A DNA stretch of 63,637 nucleotides, the filler included, from Octopus bimaculoides (lineage: Eukaryota), in NCBI RefSeq assembly GCF_001194135.2. It is 4 parts of 4 records of this genome, joined end to end, with 100 filler letters (N's around TTAATTAATTAA, not from the genome) between each part and the next. Parts side by side here need not be neighbours in the genome. Positions count along the whole stretch, not along the records: positions 28,293 to 38,460 come from NC_068984.1; positions 38,561 to 58,655 come from NC_068981.1; 2 more parts are not named here. One strand, written 5' to 3'. The position numbers and the translations under genes were made by a program. Each line of letters begins with the position of its first letter. Position 1 is the stretch's first letter. The notes under the pieces are model-generated. The model saw only the letters and a list, made by a program, of their open reading frames with translations, did no database searches and was not told the DNA's origin. Of this stretch, positions 36,325 to 50,700 are shown piece by piece.

Positions 36325-36592
36325 TACCGGACCGGGCTGGGTGTTGAGCAAGACATTTTATTTTAAGTTGCTCCAGTTAACTCAGCTATAGAAATGAGTT
36401 GCGACATCAGTGGTGCCAAGCTGTATCGGCCATTGCCTTTCCCTTGTATAATATCACTGGTGTGGAGAGGGGAGGCTGGTATGCATGGGCAACTGCTGGT
36501 CTTCCGTAAAACAACCTTGTCCGGACTTGTGCCTTGGAGGGTAATTTTCTAGGTGCAATCCCACGGTCGTTCATGACCGAAGTGGGTCTCCA
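36325..36592 (+). mobile_element. SINE family E (head lost in gap)
   Basis: ttgagcaagacattttattt...ggtgccaagctgtatcgg...ggagaggggaggctgg...tcatgaccgaag. Confidence 0.7.
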
Positions 36593-37511
36593 CACATATG
36601 TATATACGTATGTATGTATGTATGTATGTATGTATGTATGTATATATGTATGTACGTATGTAGCTATGTATGCATGCATGTATGTATGTATATATGTATG
36701 TATGTATAGCTTTGTGTATATGTTTATATATATATATACATATACACATCTGTGTACCATGCTAAGTGCAAATGCACCAAAACAAAAGATTAACTGCGGC
36801 ATTCGTCTAGAGATAATAGTTCTTGTTGAAGGTTTAAAGAGCAAAAACGCAGCAGCAGCAGCAGCAGCAGGCGGAAATCATTCAGAAACAGTGCTGAGAA
36901 TTCTAGTTGAGCATTTCTGCCTCCCTGAACTTTATCATTCGCATGTAACCACTGGTAACCGCATGCTAAAAAAAAATACGCCGTAATCGATGTAGAATAA
37001 CTGTGATTGAAAAATCATTGAAATTGATGTTATCCAGACGGCTGAACGAAAATCTGTTATATGCAATTGAAGTAGTGTTAGATTAAAATAGCCATCTGTG
37101 TATCATACTTAATGCAAATACATCACGTAAAAACAGTTTTCTTGAAGTATTCGACCGGAGATAAAATATCTCTTATGGGCGTAATATGTTAAAGAGTACA
37201 ACTATATTGGATAACACATGACGGATATTATCTCAGGCGATAATTTAGAATTTGGTAAATTATAAGTGTTTTATTAGAAAAAAAAAAAGCTTGAACTTCG
37301 AGAAAATAATCTGAAAGATATTTCGGTGTCAGCTATCTACACAAGATTTCCATTCAGAAACACAGTGTTTCTGAATGGAAATTATATTAGTTTTCGTGAT
37401 AATAAAGTTGATTCTGAGTAGGAGAGAAATGATCAAGTAGCTGATAATTGGAGTGATGCTTTCCTTAGTGATGTGGACATACAGGCGTTTGAACTTAGAA
37501 GCAAATCTAGT

Positions 37512-37760
37512 AAAGTATTTTCTTGAACATTTTCTCGAACAAAAACTTTTGAGGATAAGCGAAGAGACAAGTCTTGCACGTCAACAGGACGACACAACTT
37601 TCTTTACAATAATGGAAGAGGTGACAGCATAATTGGGAAGGTATTTCACTGATGGAAATTGTCCAGTTTGCAAGCAAAGAGACAGGAAATCGATAACCAA
37701 CAATCATTATCTTGTAAATATATGTGAACATTCTTCTGTAATCAACTTCTGTTCACCTAC
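37512..37760 (+). mobile_element. Possible piggyBac transposase C-terminal Cys-rich remnant
   Basis: Reads VKYFLEHFLEQKLLR...*LGRYFTDGNCPVCKQRDRKSITNNHYLVNICEHSSVINFC, resembling the CxxC..DRK..C.EH pattern; weak. Confidence 0.3.
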
Positions 37761-38003
37761 CTGGACAGATGACAATGACAGGACAACAGATAACAACAAT
37801 GAACAACGCATTCGCAATAAGCACTAACAAACATTATATCTTCTGGTTAAGTTTCATCCAAATTCATGCAATTGTTATATTCTTATGATTTTATATTGGA
37901 TTACCTGCATTTCTTTCTTTTTTTTTTTTTTCAAAATCTCTAGTTTCTAACATGACTGGGATATTTACATAAAGAAAGTACCACACGAATATTTCTATCT
38001 TGT

Positions 38004-38222
38004 CATCTCTTTTACATGTTTCAGTCATTATACTGAAACCATGCTGGGGCACCGCCGCTGTTCAAGAGATTTTAGCCGAATGAATCGACCCTATTATTTA
38101 TTTCTTGGTACTTACTTTAATTGTTCCCTTTACCGAACCGTAAAGTTACGGGGGGGGGAGCACACTCACACTAGTTGTCAAGCGGTACTGGGGGACAACC
38201 ACTTGCTCAAAGACACACAAAT
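38004..38222 (-). mobile_element. SINE family A-related 3' half, diverged
   Basis: Reverse complement of gcttgacaac...gtaactt...ggttcggtaa...gcggtgccccagcatgg...gactgaaacatgtaaaagaga. Confidence 0.7.
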
Positions 38223-38636
38223 GCACGCGCACACACGCACGCAAGCACGCACGCACGCACACACGCACACACACACACACACACACATACACACAAATAT
38301 ATCGTCAGTAAATCATAAATCCGAAAGAGAAGCACACTCTAAATTATAGAGCAGTAGAATAATTAGCCTTGGAGCGTGTCTTCTGAAGAAACGCTGTAAT
38401 GCAAAGCGTTTTATAGACGTGAAGCCTTGGATAACTCCATAGACCGGCCATAACTATCTTNNNNNNNNNNNNNNNNNNNNNNNNNNNNNNNNNNNNNNNN
38501 NNNNTTAATTAATTAANNNNNNNNNNNNNNNNNNNNNNNNNNNNNNNNNNNNNNNNNNNNATATATATATTTATATATACATATATATACATATATATAT
38601 GCATACACATATATATATATACTTACATATATGCAC

Positions 38637-38677
<41 letters not shown>

Positions 38678-39250
38678 ACGTGTGAGTTTATGTGTGTGCG
38701 TGCGTATGTGTGTGTGTGTGTGGTAAACGTTTGAATGTGTGTTGATTTTTAAAAAAAATATACAGTTATATCATCTCGTTTTCAAATAATTATTTATAGT
38801 TTGCCATCCTTCAGTTTTGTATTCCCAAAACTATGGACGCCTCATATAGGTTAAACATATTTTATAAACTACATATATCTATCGATATTTTAAATGTAAG
38901 TACACGTAGCAATAACTTGCTGTCTCGAAAATAATTTAGAAATATATGAGGATATTTGATGGGATGAACCGATTTCTATATTAATATTTCTTGTAAATAT
39001 ATAAATAATCTTAGTTTATTATACGACGTATGATGTGATTGCCTATTATGCTTGGAGACACAACAGAACATAACTTGTGCCATTAAGATATTAGCATCGA
39101 TTAAAGTTTTAACTCGATTCATACAATATCATACTTCAAACTAAACATAGGAAATCGATATTGCTTAAAGGAAATGTAATTTAGTCATTGAGGGGTATTA
39201 CATTTTCATTATGATATNNNNNNNNNNNNNNNNNNNNNNNNNNNNNNNNN

Positions 39251-39299
<49 letters not shown>

Positions 39300-40615
39300 A
39301 ACATATATGTATATAAATGTGTGAATCTGTTTTTGTATATATTCTCATTTACTGATATTATAAACGTGCACACATATTCGCCCGAACACACGCGCGTACC
39401 CTTACATATGCATCCATGTATATCATAAATATATTTACAAAGGGCTTCTTTCATTTTCCGTCCAACAAATCGATTAACAAGTTTTGATTGGCTGTAGTAG
39501 AAGTCATTTACCTTAAGTGCATGTAGTTCGGAAGCAAGCTTCCTACGTTACAGTTATCACTGCAACTCTATATCAGTTTTATGCAAAAGGTTCACGTGCT
39601 TTCACACACAGTCACACACTCATATATATCAGTGTGTGTGTGTGTGTGTGTCTGTGAGTGTCTGTGTGTGAATGCCCTTGACTAGTCTTAATGCAGTTGG
39701 GCTCAAGTTTATACGAAAGAGTGTTGTGCCATTTATCATAAACACTAATTCGATGTGCCTTAATCGACTCAAACGTAATAAGTAGATAGACGAAGAGAGG
39801 ATGCGATTAGTTGCAGGCGGAAGCGATCCTCTTTCCATACAAGTTCCTCATCTAGGATATATTCTGGATCAGTTATGAGATGTCAGAATGTTTGGTAATG
39901 CATACCCGAGAATGTATAGCAATTAAATTCTAAAAGAGGAAACATGTAACGTTTTACAAACAATACTCGTGAGACAGAAATACAGAAGTTGTCACAATAT
40001 CTGCGTCCTACGACAAATAATTAGAAAAATTAGAGACGACGACAAACTGTTGATTGTACATAAAAATGTAAAACACGCAATCAGGAATATGACTTCTTCT
40101 CATTATCTGTTGACTGAATAAAAGTGCCTGGTAGTATTTGCTATAAACCTCACGGAAGTTCGCTGTGACCATGAAATTTATAACAAATGCTACCACAAAA
40201 TGCACTTGGGAAGATAAGGTAAGGGAGAATATTTTGCGAATATTTACGAAACATGCGTAACTATTGAGTAAGTCAGTGTGTGTAAATCATCCTACGGAAT
40301 TGAAAAATAAAACAAAAATCAGAAATAACTTGACGATAGTGAACATATATAACGGTAAGTTCATAGTCGGTAGTAGATTGTTGGATGCTAATTCGTGATA
40401 AAGACAAATAATGTTGGAATAGAGGTATATAGCGAAGAAAAACGATTGCACTAACGAAGGCAAATTTGAAAAGCAAGCATGCGTAGGATTTAGCAATGGA
40501 ATCATGAAAAGGTAAACAAGCAATGCACGAAAGAGTCACAGAAAGAATTCTTGGAAAGGGAGAACTTCTACATACACACACATATGTATGAATACAACTA
40601 TGGCTATATATGTCT

Positions 40616-40656
<41 letters not shown>

Positions 40657-41611
40657 NNNNNNNNNNNNNNNNNNNNNNNNNNNNNNNNNNNNNNNNNNNN
40701 NNNNNNNNNNNNNNNNNNNNNNNNNNNNNNNNNNNNNNNNNNNNNNNNNNNNNNNNNNNNNNNNNNNNNNNNNNNNNNNNNNNNNNNNNNNNNNNNNNNN
40801 NNNNNNNNNNNNNNNNNNNNNNNNNNNNNNNNNNNNNNNNNNNNNNNNNNNNNNNNNNNNNNNNNNNNNNNNNNNNNNNNNNNNNNNNNNNNNNNNNNNN
40901 NNNNNNNNNNNNNNNNNNNNNNNNNNNNNNNNNNNNNNNNNNNNNNNNNNNNNNNNNNNNNNNNNNNNNNNNNNNNNNNNNNNNNNNNNNNNNNNNNNNN
41001 NNNNNNNNNNNNNNNNNNNNNNNNNNNNNNNNNNNNNNNNNNNNNNNNNNNNNNNNNNNNNNNNNNNNNNNNNNNNNNNNNNNNNNNNNNNNNNNNNNNN
41101 NNNNNNNNNNNNNNNNNNNNNNNNNNNNNNNNNNNNNNNNNNNNNNNNNNNNNNNNNNNNNNNNNNNNNNNNNNNNNNNNNNNNNNNNNNNNNNNNNNNN
41201 NNNNNNNNNNNNNNNNNNNNNNNNNNNNNNNNNNNNNNNNNNNNNNNNNNNNNNNNNNNNNNNNNNNNNNNNNNNNNNNNNNNNNNNNNNNNNNNNNNNN
41301 NNNNNNNNNNNNNNNNNNNNNNNNNNNNNNNNNNNNNNNNNNNNNNNNNNNNNNNNNNNNNNNNNNNNNNNNNNNNNNNNNNNNNNNNNNNNNNNNNNNN
41401 NNNNNNNNNNNNNNNNNNNNNNNNNNNNNNNNNNNNNNNNNNNNNNNNNNNNNNNNNNNNNNNNNNNNNNNNNNNNNNNNNNNNNNNNNNNNNNNNNNNN
41501 NNNNNNNNNNNNNNNNNNNNNNNNNNNNNNNNNNNNNNNNNNNNNNNNNNNNNNNNNNNNNNNNNNNNNNNNNNNNNNNNNNNNNNNNNNNNNNNNNNNN
41601 NNNNNNNNNNN

Positions 41612-41658
<47 letters not shown>

Positions 41659-41748
41659 TATATGTATTTATATATATATATATATATATTATATATGTAT
41701 TTATATACACACACACGCATATCTTTATGTGTCTATCTATCTATCTAT

Positions 41749-41829
<81 letters not shown>

Positions 41830-43370
41830 TGCGAAAATATACGTGTTTGATGCACGTTTTTATCAGTAAACTTGTGACGCAAATGGTAACATCGTATCGT
41901 CGTGTAAAACAACTTCTAACATTTTAAGAACACGAAAGCTACTTTAATACTTTGCGGCTTGTTTTTTTTTTTTTTCTGTTTGTTTCAAGATCCTTATCTG
42001 TTATAGAAAAAAGCCTCGTTGCATATTTTTGATATGGTCTGAAATGCAATATATCTAGGCGTTCAAAATCGTTCAACCTTAACGTGTTTTCAGCAGAGTA
42101 GGTAGTAAAATCTACACGATTGTATCTATAACTTTACATGGTAATAAATTCTTTGAACGCATTAACTTAGGAGACGTGAAAACATTCGTAGAATGGCATG
42201 ACTTACATGCTGCCGCTTAGAATTTCTTTCGACCGGCAAGAGGAGACCTAACAATTGCAATCTGTATAATTTGAGAGTCATAAATCAAAACATACATTAT
42301 ACAAGTGGGCTGAAGAAGCAACATACCATTTTCTATTGAATATCTGTAAGGCCTATTTTCCAGCCTGTTCTAAGGTGCATATAATCAGATACAGCAAACC
42401 CAGAAAACCATATGAAAACAACATATGTAATGATGCAGTATTTTATACACTTATTAATTAGATAGAAGCGATGTGCAAATGATCATATTCTGAAACATCA
42501 TTTGATAGCTCACGATAAACCTATTTAGCCCATCACATCACCCTATGACTCAGTTCCTCTCCCTTTGTCATGAAGGATTATCACTTGTCACTTCCGTATT
42601 CCCCCGTTACACCCCATGGTTCTTTCGATATTGTGGGCTTTTTACCTTGCATGTTTCAAGATAATCTCACTTGTGCCGGGGCCGCCAAATAGCGCACATA
42701 TTAAAATATATAAAGTGATAGACGAATCCAGAAGAAACAATTTAATATTCAGAAAGTTTTTTTACGGATAATTTACATCAACTGTGCTAGTTTCATGAAA
42801 ATTTCCTCCACAATACTTTGTTAAGTGATTAATTCAGAGCAGAAAGAATGACCTAATGAAATGTAAGTGCAAGATGTGTTCCTCCCACTAGTAGCAAATG
42901 ATGAAAATGCAGCTTATGCTATGTGGCATAGGGTGTAAATTTAATATTTCAGAATATCTTGCTGAGCTATATACATATTTGTGTATGCCTGTATGTATTA
43001 CTGATTGTCTGCATTTGTCTCGAGGCAGTAAGATAAGCGAGAGAGATTGAAAACAAACAATCTATATATAAAATAAAATTGTGCTAAATTATTTTCGTAA
43101 ATAGATTCGCAATTCTTTTATATATGGGGATAAGAAAAGTATTTAGACATTTCCAGTTGCATTTTTCATGGGTAGCAGAGAAGCAATATAGAAAAGTGAA
43201 ATGCAGCAGAAAGAACTTCTATTTAATCAGACTATAACACTACCATGTTCTACTTCAAAAGAGGTCTCGAACCACACCTATGCTAATATGATCCGATGAT
43301 ATAAGCACATTTTTTGATAACGTGTCATGAGTATGATAGTACTCATGAAAGCGTAGACTGTATTAGAAGT

Positions 43371-43822
43371 AGCAATGTTGTTTGTAGTTTTATTGGTGTA
43401 GTGCTAATCGCAAAATTTGTGCTAACAATGTCAGTGACGGAAGTTATTGCATATTTTTCTTCGCAGTGTTGCTGGTTGGAGTGGTGTTGGCAGTTGTGTT
43501 GATGTCATATTTGTGATTTATTCGTAGCATTAGAAATAATAATGGTTTTCATAGTCATGGGAGCGTTACAGTCGTTGGATGTAGCACGTAGCAGAAGTGT
43601 TCATGAATGTCGATGTAATTATAGTAGTGGTGTTGCCATTTAGAGTTGTGATGTTTTTAAACTTTGGGATTGTGAGTCAGAACGTCGTTGGCTGTAATAA
43701 TGGTGCTAATGATCTTGTTTGGAATATTGGTGGTAATCATATTAGTAACTGTAGTACTGTAGGTTTTGTTATAATGGTGTTGGTTGAAGTAATACTGGTG
43801 TCAATAGTTGTTGCGCCAACAT
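43371..43822 (-). repeat. Degenerate trinucleotide low-complexity tract (Thr/Asn/Ile-rich on - strand, with frameshifts)
   Basis: Minus strand is rich in ACN/AAC/ATT codons but breaks frame several times. Confidence 0.5.
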
Positions 43823-44554
43823 AATGGGACAATTAGGTTAATTTTTATGACGTACAATATATGTAAAATATACAAAATCACAGGCGTATAGTCATTTTAA
43901 CTCATTTTAAAAATGCTTCTGCTTTGCGACACATGAATTCTATATGAAATATATCTGTTTAAATTTTACCGTGTTTGAATACATCGTAATAACAACTCAG
44001 AAAACCTCTCTATTTTCACTAGAATCTAAATCACACATATAGCTTGTAATCATTTTGAAGAATTGTACATGGGAGATTTACCTCGCAGTTGTGAGGCAGA
44101 TTTTGTGGAAAATTGCCGAACACTCCAAGCAACATTCAAAATGCTCTAGGACACACAATTCACTATACTAATTCAACTAGTCAATTCAACAGCCAATCTT
44201 ATGTTATTCTATACTTTGAATCTAATTTGGCTTACACTCTACAAATAAGCCGTCCAGCATTTGACCTACAATTATATAAGCTTATGATGAACATGTTTAC
44301 CTCTGTTCTACCTCTTCAAAAACCTTTGATACTAATTCAAAATTCATTCTCATCCAGCCTTATATTTCTATGATGTGCATTTTTGCGAAATGTTTGAAGA
44401 TTAGTGATTATAAGGTTATGTATACATTAGTTGTTCTATCTATGAGCAACATACAGCGTATGTTAACGTACGCATTTTATTGAATGTATGTACTGTGAAT
44501 AGTTGTATTGCAGCTGTTCACTATCTATTAATCCCAACTTTTCATCGATTTATA

Positions 44555-45063
44555 GGCGTAGGAGTGGCTGTGTGGTAAGTTGCTTGCTTACGAACCACAT
44601 GGTTCCAGGTTCAGTCCCACAGCGTGGCACCTTGGGCAACTGTCTTGTACTATAGCCTCGGGCCGACCAAAGCCTTGTGAGTGGATTTGGCAGACAGAAA
44701 CTTAAAGAAGCCTATCGTATATATATATATACATNNNNNNNNNNNNNNNNNNNNNNNNNNNNNNNNNNNNNNNNNNNNNNNNNNNNNNNNNNNNNNNNNN
44801 NNNNNNNNNNNNNNNNNNNNNNNNNNNNNNNNNNNTATATATATTGTATGTGTTTGTATATGTTTGAGTGTGTTTGTCCCCCGCCATCATCGCTTGACAA
44901 CCAATGCTGGTGTGTTTACATCCCCGTAACCAATCGGTTCGGCAAATCAGACCGATAGAATAAGTACTAGGCTTACAAAGAATAAGTCCTGGGATCGATT
45001 TACACAACTAAAGGCGGTGCTCCAGCATGGCCACAGTGAAATGACTGAAACAAGTAAAAGAGT
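44555..45063 (+). mobile_element. SINE family A, full length, gap in internal microsatellite
   Basis: Matches 29822-30226 on both sides of the gap. Confidence 0.92.
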
Positions 45064-47577
45064 ACTTTAGATTTCTCTCCGTTACAGTTGTCATCAGTCA
45101 ATAACATTCTTTACAATTCCGGCCATATTTAGTGATCTCAGTTATTTGCAAATACTCTGGACTGTCCCAATTTATTCCACCGCATCGTCTTCTTGTGTAT
45201 TTAGGTGACGGTTTTCTAGTTGATTTAATTTTGTTCAGTTGTTTCTCTCGCAGTGTTTGTATTACTATCAATGTTGATACTTCACCGGAACGATCTGCTA
45301 CTCGCTTTAAAATCATCTGTACACATTCTAGTTGTAAATATTACTCACTCTCTTCCTACTCACACGAGTCACATTTCAGATTGTTTTTATTTTCTTCTGT
45401 TCCTCCATAACAAAGCCGAAAATATATTCCTTTTCATTTTTATTAGATTTTAAAAAAATGTTTTACTCGTTCGTAATCTAGCGATCAAGTACACAATACG
45501 TGTTTATATTATCTCTCCTAGGAAAAAGTATATGTTCGGAAGGTTAAATTATCTCAAGCCTCGTAAAAGAAGCTACCTCTGCTTTAACATAATTCTAGAT
45601 GAGGTAGGTTACTATTAGTTTCCTCTGAAATGTGACTTCGACGACTTTCAGTTATAAATATATGTGCCTGTATTAAAATTATACATGGAAAACAAAGAAA
45701 TATCTTACAGTGAAGTATATATATCTCCAAAATGCCAATCATTGGTTACATACCGAGTGGAATAAAGGAGAGAACGTGAAATTCGAACGTAATCAGTATC
45801 GTAATGAAATTTCTTTTTGTGCTGTCCAAGATAGTTCTTCATTTCTGTCACAGTAAACAGTTCTGTAAATTATGTCAATTACAACTACTTCTAGAGAACT
45901 GTACAGGTAGAAGTATAGTTGTGTACTAAATGTGCTAACGACACCATGCTCCCATGATAACAGAAATATAATTACGTAATTAGATGCTTGGCTTTCTCAT
46001 GAAAAGCACATAATTTTAGGAACTGTTCGATACGTTTGAAGCAGAAATCTCATACCGGAACAAAGATATGAAAAATATAGTAAGTTAACAGCAAATTTAG
46101 TTTCTATTGCATATTGAGTAGAAGTAGTGTGTGCTTTCGTAAGTATACCATCATGCTATACAAAATGAATTCTGGAAAGATGCTCCGATAAATTACATAT
46201 GCATAGTACAACAGCCACAATACAATTTTAAACAAATGCATATTAGATTACTTTTATAGTCGGACTAGAATGGAGTCGTTCTGAATAAAAATAGTAAACA
46301 GAATATTGGATGATACGTAGTTCATATTTTACCTCACATATTTTTTCATTAGTTTTGTCATGAGAAATTCTCTGCGCAAGTCCATTTCAGTTCGTTTAAA
46401 ATGAGCTGTTTCAGCACAATTAATATTCTACTCCAGGTGTTGCCTGGTGACAGCTAAAGGTAAAAAATAAAATAAAATAACCATGTGTGTTAAGTGAAGA
46501 GTAGGTCTCGTCTTCTGAAAAAAAAATAGGCGGGTTAAGTAATTAGTGTGCAGCATAGATAGAACGCAGCATTTTTAAGAAATGGATAAGCGAGGAATGA
46601 GTGGGAAATGCAAATTTTTCATGGCAATACAAGGCATTTTGATCATCATTCTTCCCTCTAATAACGACAAACAGTATAGAGAGGGGGAAAAAGAACGATT
46701 TTTAGGCTTACGCTGAAATTGTTGAGTTGCTACATGGCAATTGGTGGGAGGTTGATGATATCTTAGGATTGTAATTTAAGGTATATATGTGCGTGTGCGT
46801 GCGTGTGTATATGCGTGTGCACGTGAGTGCATGCACGTGTATGTGTGTGTATATGAAAAAAAGAAAGAAAGAAAGAATGAATAAAATAAAAAAGAAAGAA
46901 AGTAAAAAAACGATTGTTATGATGAAGAAGTCAGCATTGATATTGACTGCGTCAGCGAATACATTTCTGGTGTTTGTTCATAGAAACAGCGCATCTTTGT
47001 TTTGAGGTATTTTAGTTCCATGCGGATGGCTATTAGGTGCAGAAGTTTATCGAGTAGTGAACCATAAGTATATAATTGTTGCTCGTTGCAAAAGATAGCA
47101 AGCTCTACATTCCTATGCAGAAATATAAGCCGTATTCATAGGAAATCGTGTGTCACACCTGATTCGATAGTAAGGTCGCTGTGTGCTCCATCAAAACAAG
47201 GGACCATTGTGCTATTTGGGAGGAAGCTATTCTTCTAATAGGTGAGAGGGAGAACTCATGGATAGGCAAATTTGCTAAAACACTGTCATGCCAAACATGT
47301 TCAACAGTTTTACACATGACGTAACAGCATATCAAATAATTACTCTTCTTAGTTCGAATCAATCAGTTTTTATACTAATCCTCTTGCAAATGCTTTAAAC
47401 ATGAAGTTGTAAAAATGATATAAGTAAATATATGTTAAATAAAGGGTAATATCCATTTCTGTTGAACAGCATTATGTCAGTTCTTTTTAGTTTTAGGAAG
47501 AAGGAAAAATACATAAGACAATAAAACAAGTAACAGGATATTAACCGATTTTTAGAAGATATTCTGACGAGATAGCA

Positions 47578-47620
47578 AATAATAATAATAATAATAACAA
47601 TAATAATAACAATAATAATA

Positions 47621-47657
<37 letters not shown>

Positions 47658-47689
47658 CGATGATGATGATGATGATGATGATGATGATC

Positions 47690-47728
<39 letters not shown>

Positions 47729-47752
47729 AATGATGATGATAATAATAATAAC
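47578..47752. repeat. (AAT)n/(GAT)n compound microsatellite
   Basis: Direct inspection. Confidence 0.95.
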
Positions 47753-50700
47753 AAAAAGACTTGATTTTATTTCATTATCAAAACTGGTTAATATTACACT
47801 CCCCCAGCTAGTACTTTCTGAATACATGAATTTTCGTTAAGTAAAACTATGCTCTCTTTCGTTGCTGCTTAATTCCTCCACTGTACACAATAAAGTCTCT
47901 TAGTTGACAATGTAAATGCATTTTGATAAAAAGATTATTTCAATTCAACTGAATTTTATTCCTTTTTTTTTGTTTTATATACTCTTATATACTCATCATT
48001 TTCACTGAGTTCTTGTATTGATTAACCTTCTACAAATCAAAACGTTATTAAAATGTTGAACACAGTTCTCTATTAAATGGAGGAACTGTAAAGAATTATA
48101 AAATATTTGCCTTTAAAAGAAAGACACATCAATTTAAGACATAACGTATCACAATCTTAGTTTTATCCTCTTATACTTTCCCACAGATGTATTTTCTCCA
48201 TTTTCTTTAATATATAATTAATGGCATTCGGTGGAGTAGAGTAGCTCACCTATAAATGTAATCTAGTGAAATGAAAATTAATGATGAACCACAAACAAAA
48301 ATATTTGAAGCAGTAATAAACGTATTAACTAGAAAGTGAATCATCAGGTAATAATAAATCTGTCGAAGAAGTTATAAAAGTAAACATGCTTGCTGCAATG
48401 TTTTATGCAACATCGATTTCCTTCATTATTTCGAATCATAGAAAGCAAAGGTTAAAGCAATGTGTAAATTACGATCTAGTATATCTTTGTTGTCCAATGA
48501 TTTAAGTGACACTATAAGGCAAATAAGTTGGGGATGTTTCCTCTAAATAGAACTTATGCAAACCCAGTCATTAGTTAGTACAAGAACTAACAACTAGCAA
48601 TATTTTGCTGAAATATACTCTATGAGGTGTTATAATCTCAGGTGCATTGGACAATATATATCTAAATCTTTAATGCATTCAGTAAATACTACAAACATAT
48701 TCAATAATTAATGAGAACCAGAATAAATAGGAGATCGTTTTGCCAGAGCAATTTAGCAAATGAAATTTTCTGAAATAATTTGTGTAGTATCTTATGAGAG
48801 CCTTGGTACTTTTCAGTCTTTCATTAGTCAACTAATTAGGAATTTAACTAATGAACTTATAGGTTGTTTGATTAATCTTTCGGATAGTCAATCAATCAAG
48901 TAGGTTCATCATTGTCCTATTGTTGCAATTAAGGATCTCGCCAATGACATCTCATTGCTTCACTAGGTCTTTCTATCTCACTCGCATATTGACCCTACCA
49001 AATGTAAGAAAATCTGTTTCAATACTCGGTTTCGCATCAACAAATTTGCAAAGAAAATGCAAAACCAAAATATTCTTCAACACAAAGCACCATATTATTT
49101 TTCTTTCTTGTTTTTGTACTTAATTACATAAATGGATTCAACGGGTTAAAGTGTAAAACCTATAAGCCTATAAACAACTTTTAAATATCACGTTAATGCA
49201 TTGAAATGAATCGCCATTAAATTATACGATATATACTTACATCGGAAGCAATTTACATAACACACACTTAATATATGCTTTGTTAATTAAAAGTGAAATA
49301 ACTAATTTGTATCTATAGTATGGTATCAGATTTAATCGGAAGAATGTAAATAGCCAACTTATAAACTTCCTAGTAGACATGTAAATGTGCGCATTATTTG
49401 TTTAAAATGAAAAAAATATTACAAATAAAATAGTGAACAGAACATATAAATTGTTGGGAACGATGTAATTAATTAACCACTGTAAATAATGAACGCATAT
49501 TAGTTTAAATTAAATTATTATGCTTCTTTTTACAATCTATGTTCCGTGAAGTCGGTATTATAATTTTACATATTGAGTGCTAATAAATTTAAGATTGGCA
49601 CGTCTTGATAATGAAAATAAGTGAAACAGTGTGTCCCTGACGTCATTTTATCTTGCAAATGTGCATGCGCAATTGTTTATAAGCCTCTACACTTTGACTT
49701 TATCATATCTCATTGCTTATGCTCATTTTCAACCAAACGTTTGTTCCTTACATTATGAAGCAGAATTTATTTTTCAGTATGATAACGTTTACATTTATGA
49801 TAAACTGTATTAACATAATTTTATTAATGCACTTATAATTTTTTCTTGGTATATTGTGAGCCATATGAATTAAATGCGATCCTTTGTGCAAATACACAGC
49901 CACAGACAAAAAGGATTATATTAATGCAATTACTTCAGAAATCCATATACAAAAAGTAGCATCCAAGTACAAAATGATTATCGCTATTGAACTATTTTTA
50001 TATCTTACAATACGAATACATATAATGAATATAAAAATCAGTGATTGTTAAGTTTTGATCTAAAAATAACATATACTCCGATATCCAATTACTCTAAATG
50101 AACATTAAGAGTAGATGTTGCATAAACGTAATTCAAATTATGTTTCTTTTTCTTTTCTTTTTCATAAAAAATATTAGTAGTATATAGCGTGATGCAGTTT
50201 CATTGTTTATAAATTCTTCAACTGAACTCCATTTTCTCCAAACATTAATAAGTTCTTCCATTTATCTAAGTTTATAACGAGCTTTAACGAGGCATGTGTG
50301 CTATTCAAATAGTTTGCTTGAAAATAGTGCTTAAGAAATATTTGTAAAATGCACACGATAAAGATACCCTAAAGAGAAATCATAGTTGCACTGAATTTGA
50401 ACTGATTTATCTCCTTAGTTTCGTCATTAGACAAATTTATAAAGTGGAAAATAAGACATAGGAATGTGAATGAAGTTATTGTGCACAGAAGAAAATATGA
50501 TAATCGTGTGCTATTGCCATTTTTGAAATGAAAGGAAAGGCAAACTATTTGAATTGTGATAAAAATCAAAACAAATTAAAATAAAGTTATTGAAACAAAT
50601 AACGGAATTAGTTCACTACATTTTCTAAACGTAAAACGGGGAATATTGAATGTATTGTTTAGAATTCAATTAATAATTTTGCATTACTTCCAAAGTGAAA

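Noticed and set aside
35612-41869. Long ORFs of 200-425 aa in the track (also 17239-17916 and 59829-60832)
   Set aside because: They consist of X from gaps plus dinucleotide-repeat translations.
45804-45906. MKFLFVLSKIVLHFCHS... signal-peptide-like frame with phase-1 donor candidates
   Set aside because: Weak donors, 13 kb from exon 2, and the 57498 exon fits better; the similar 29107-29322 ORF is also unsupported.
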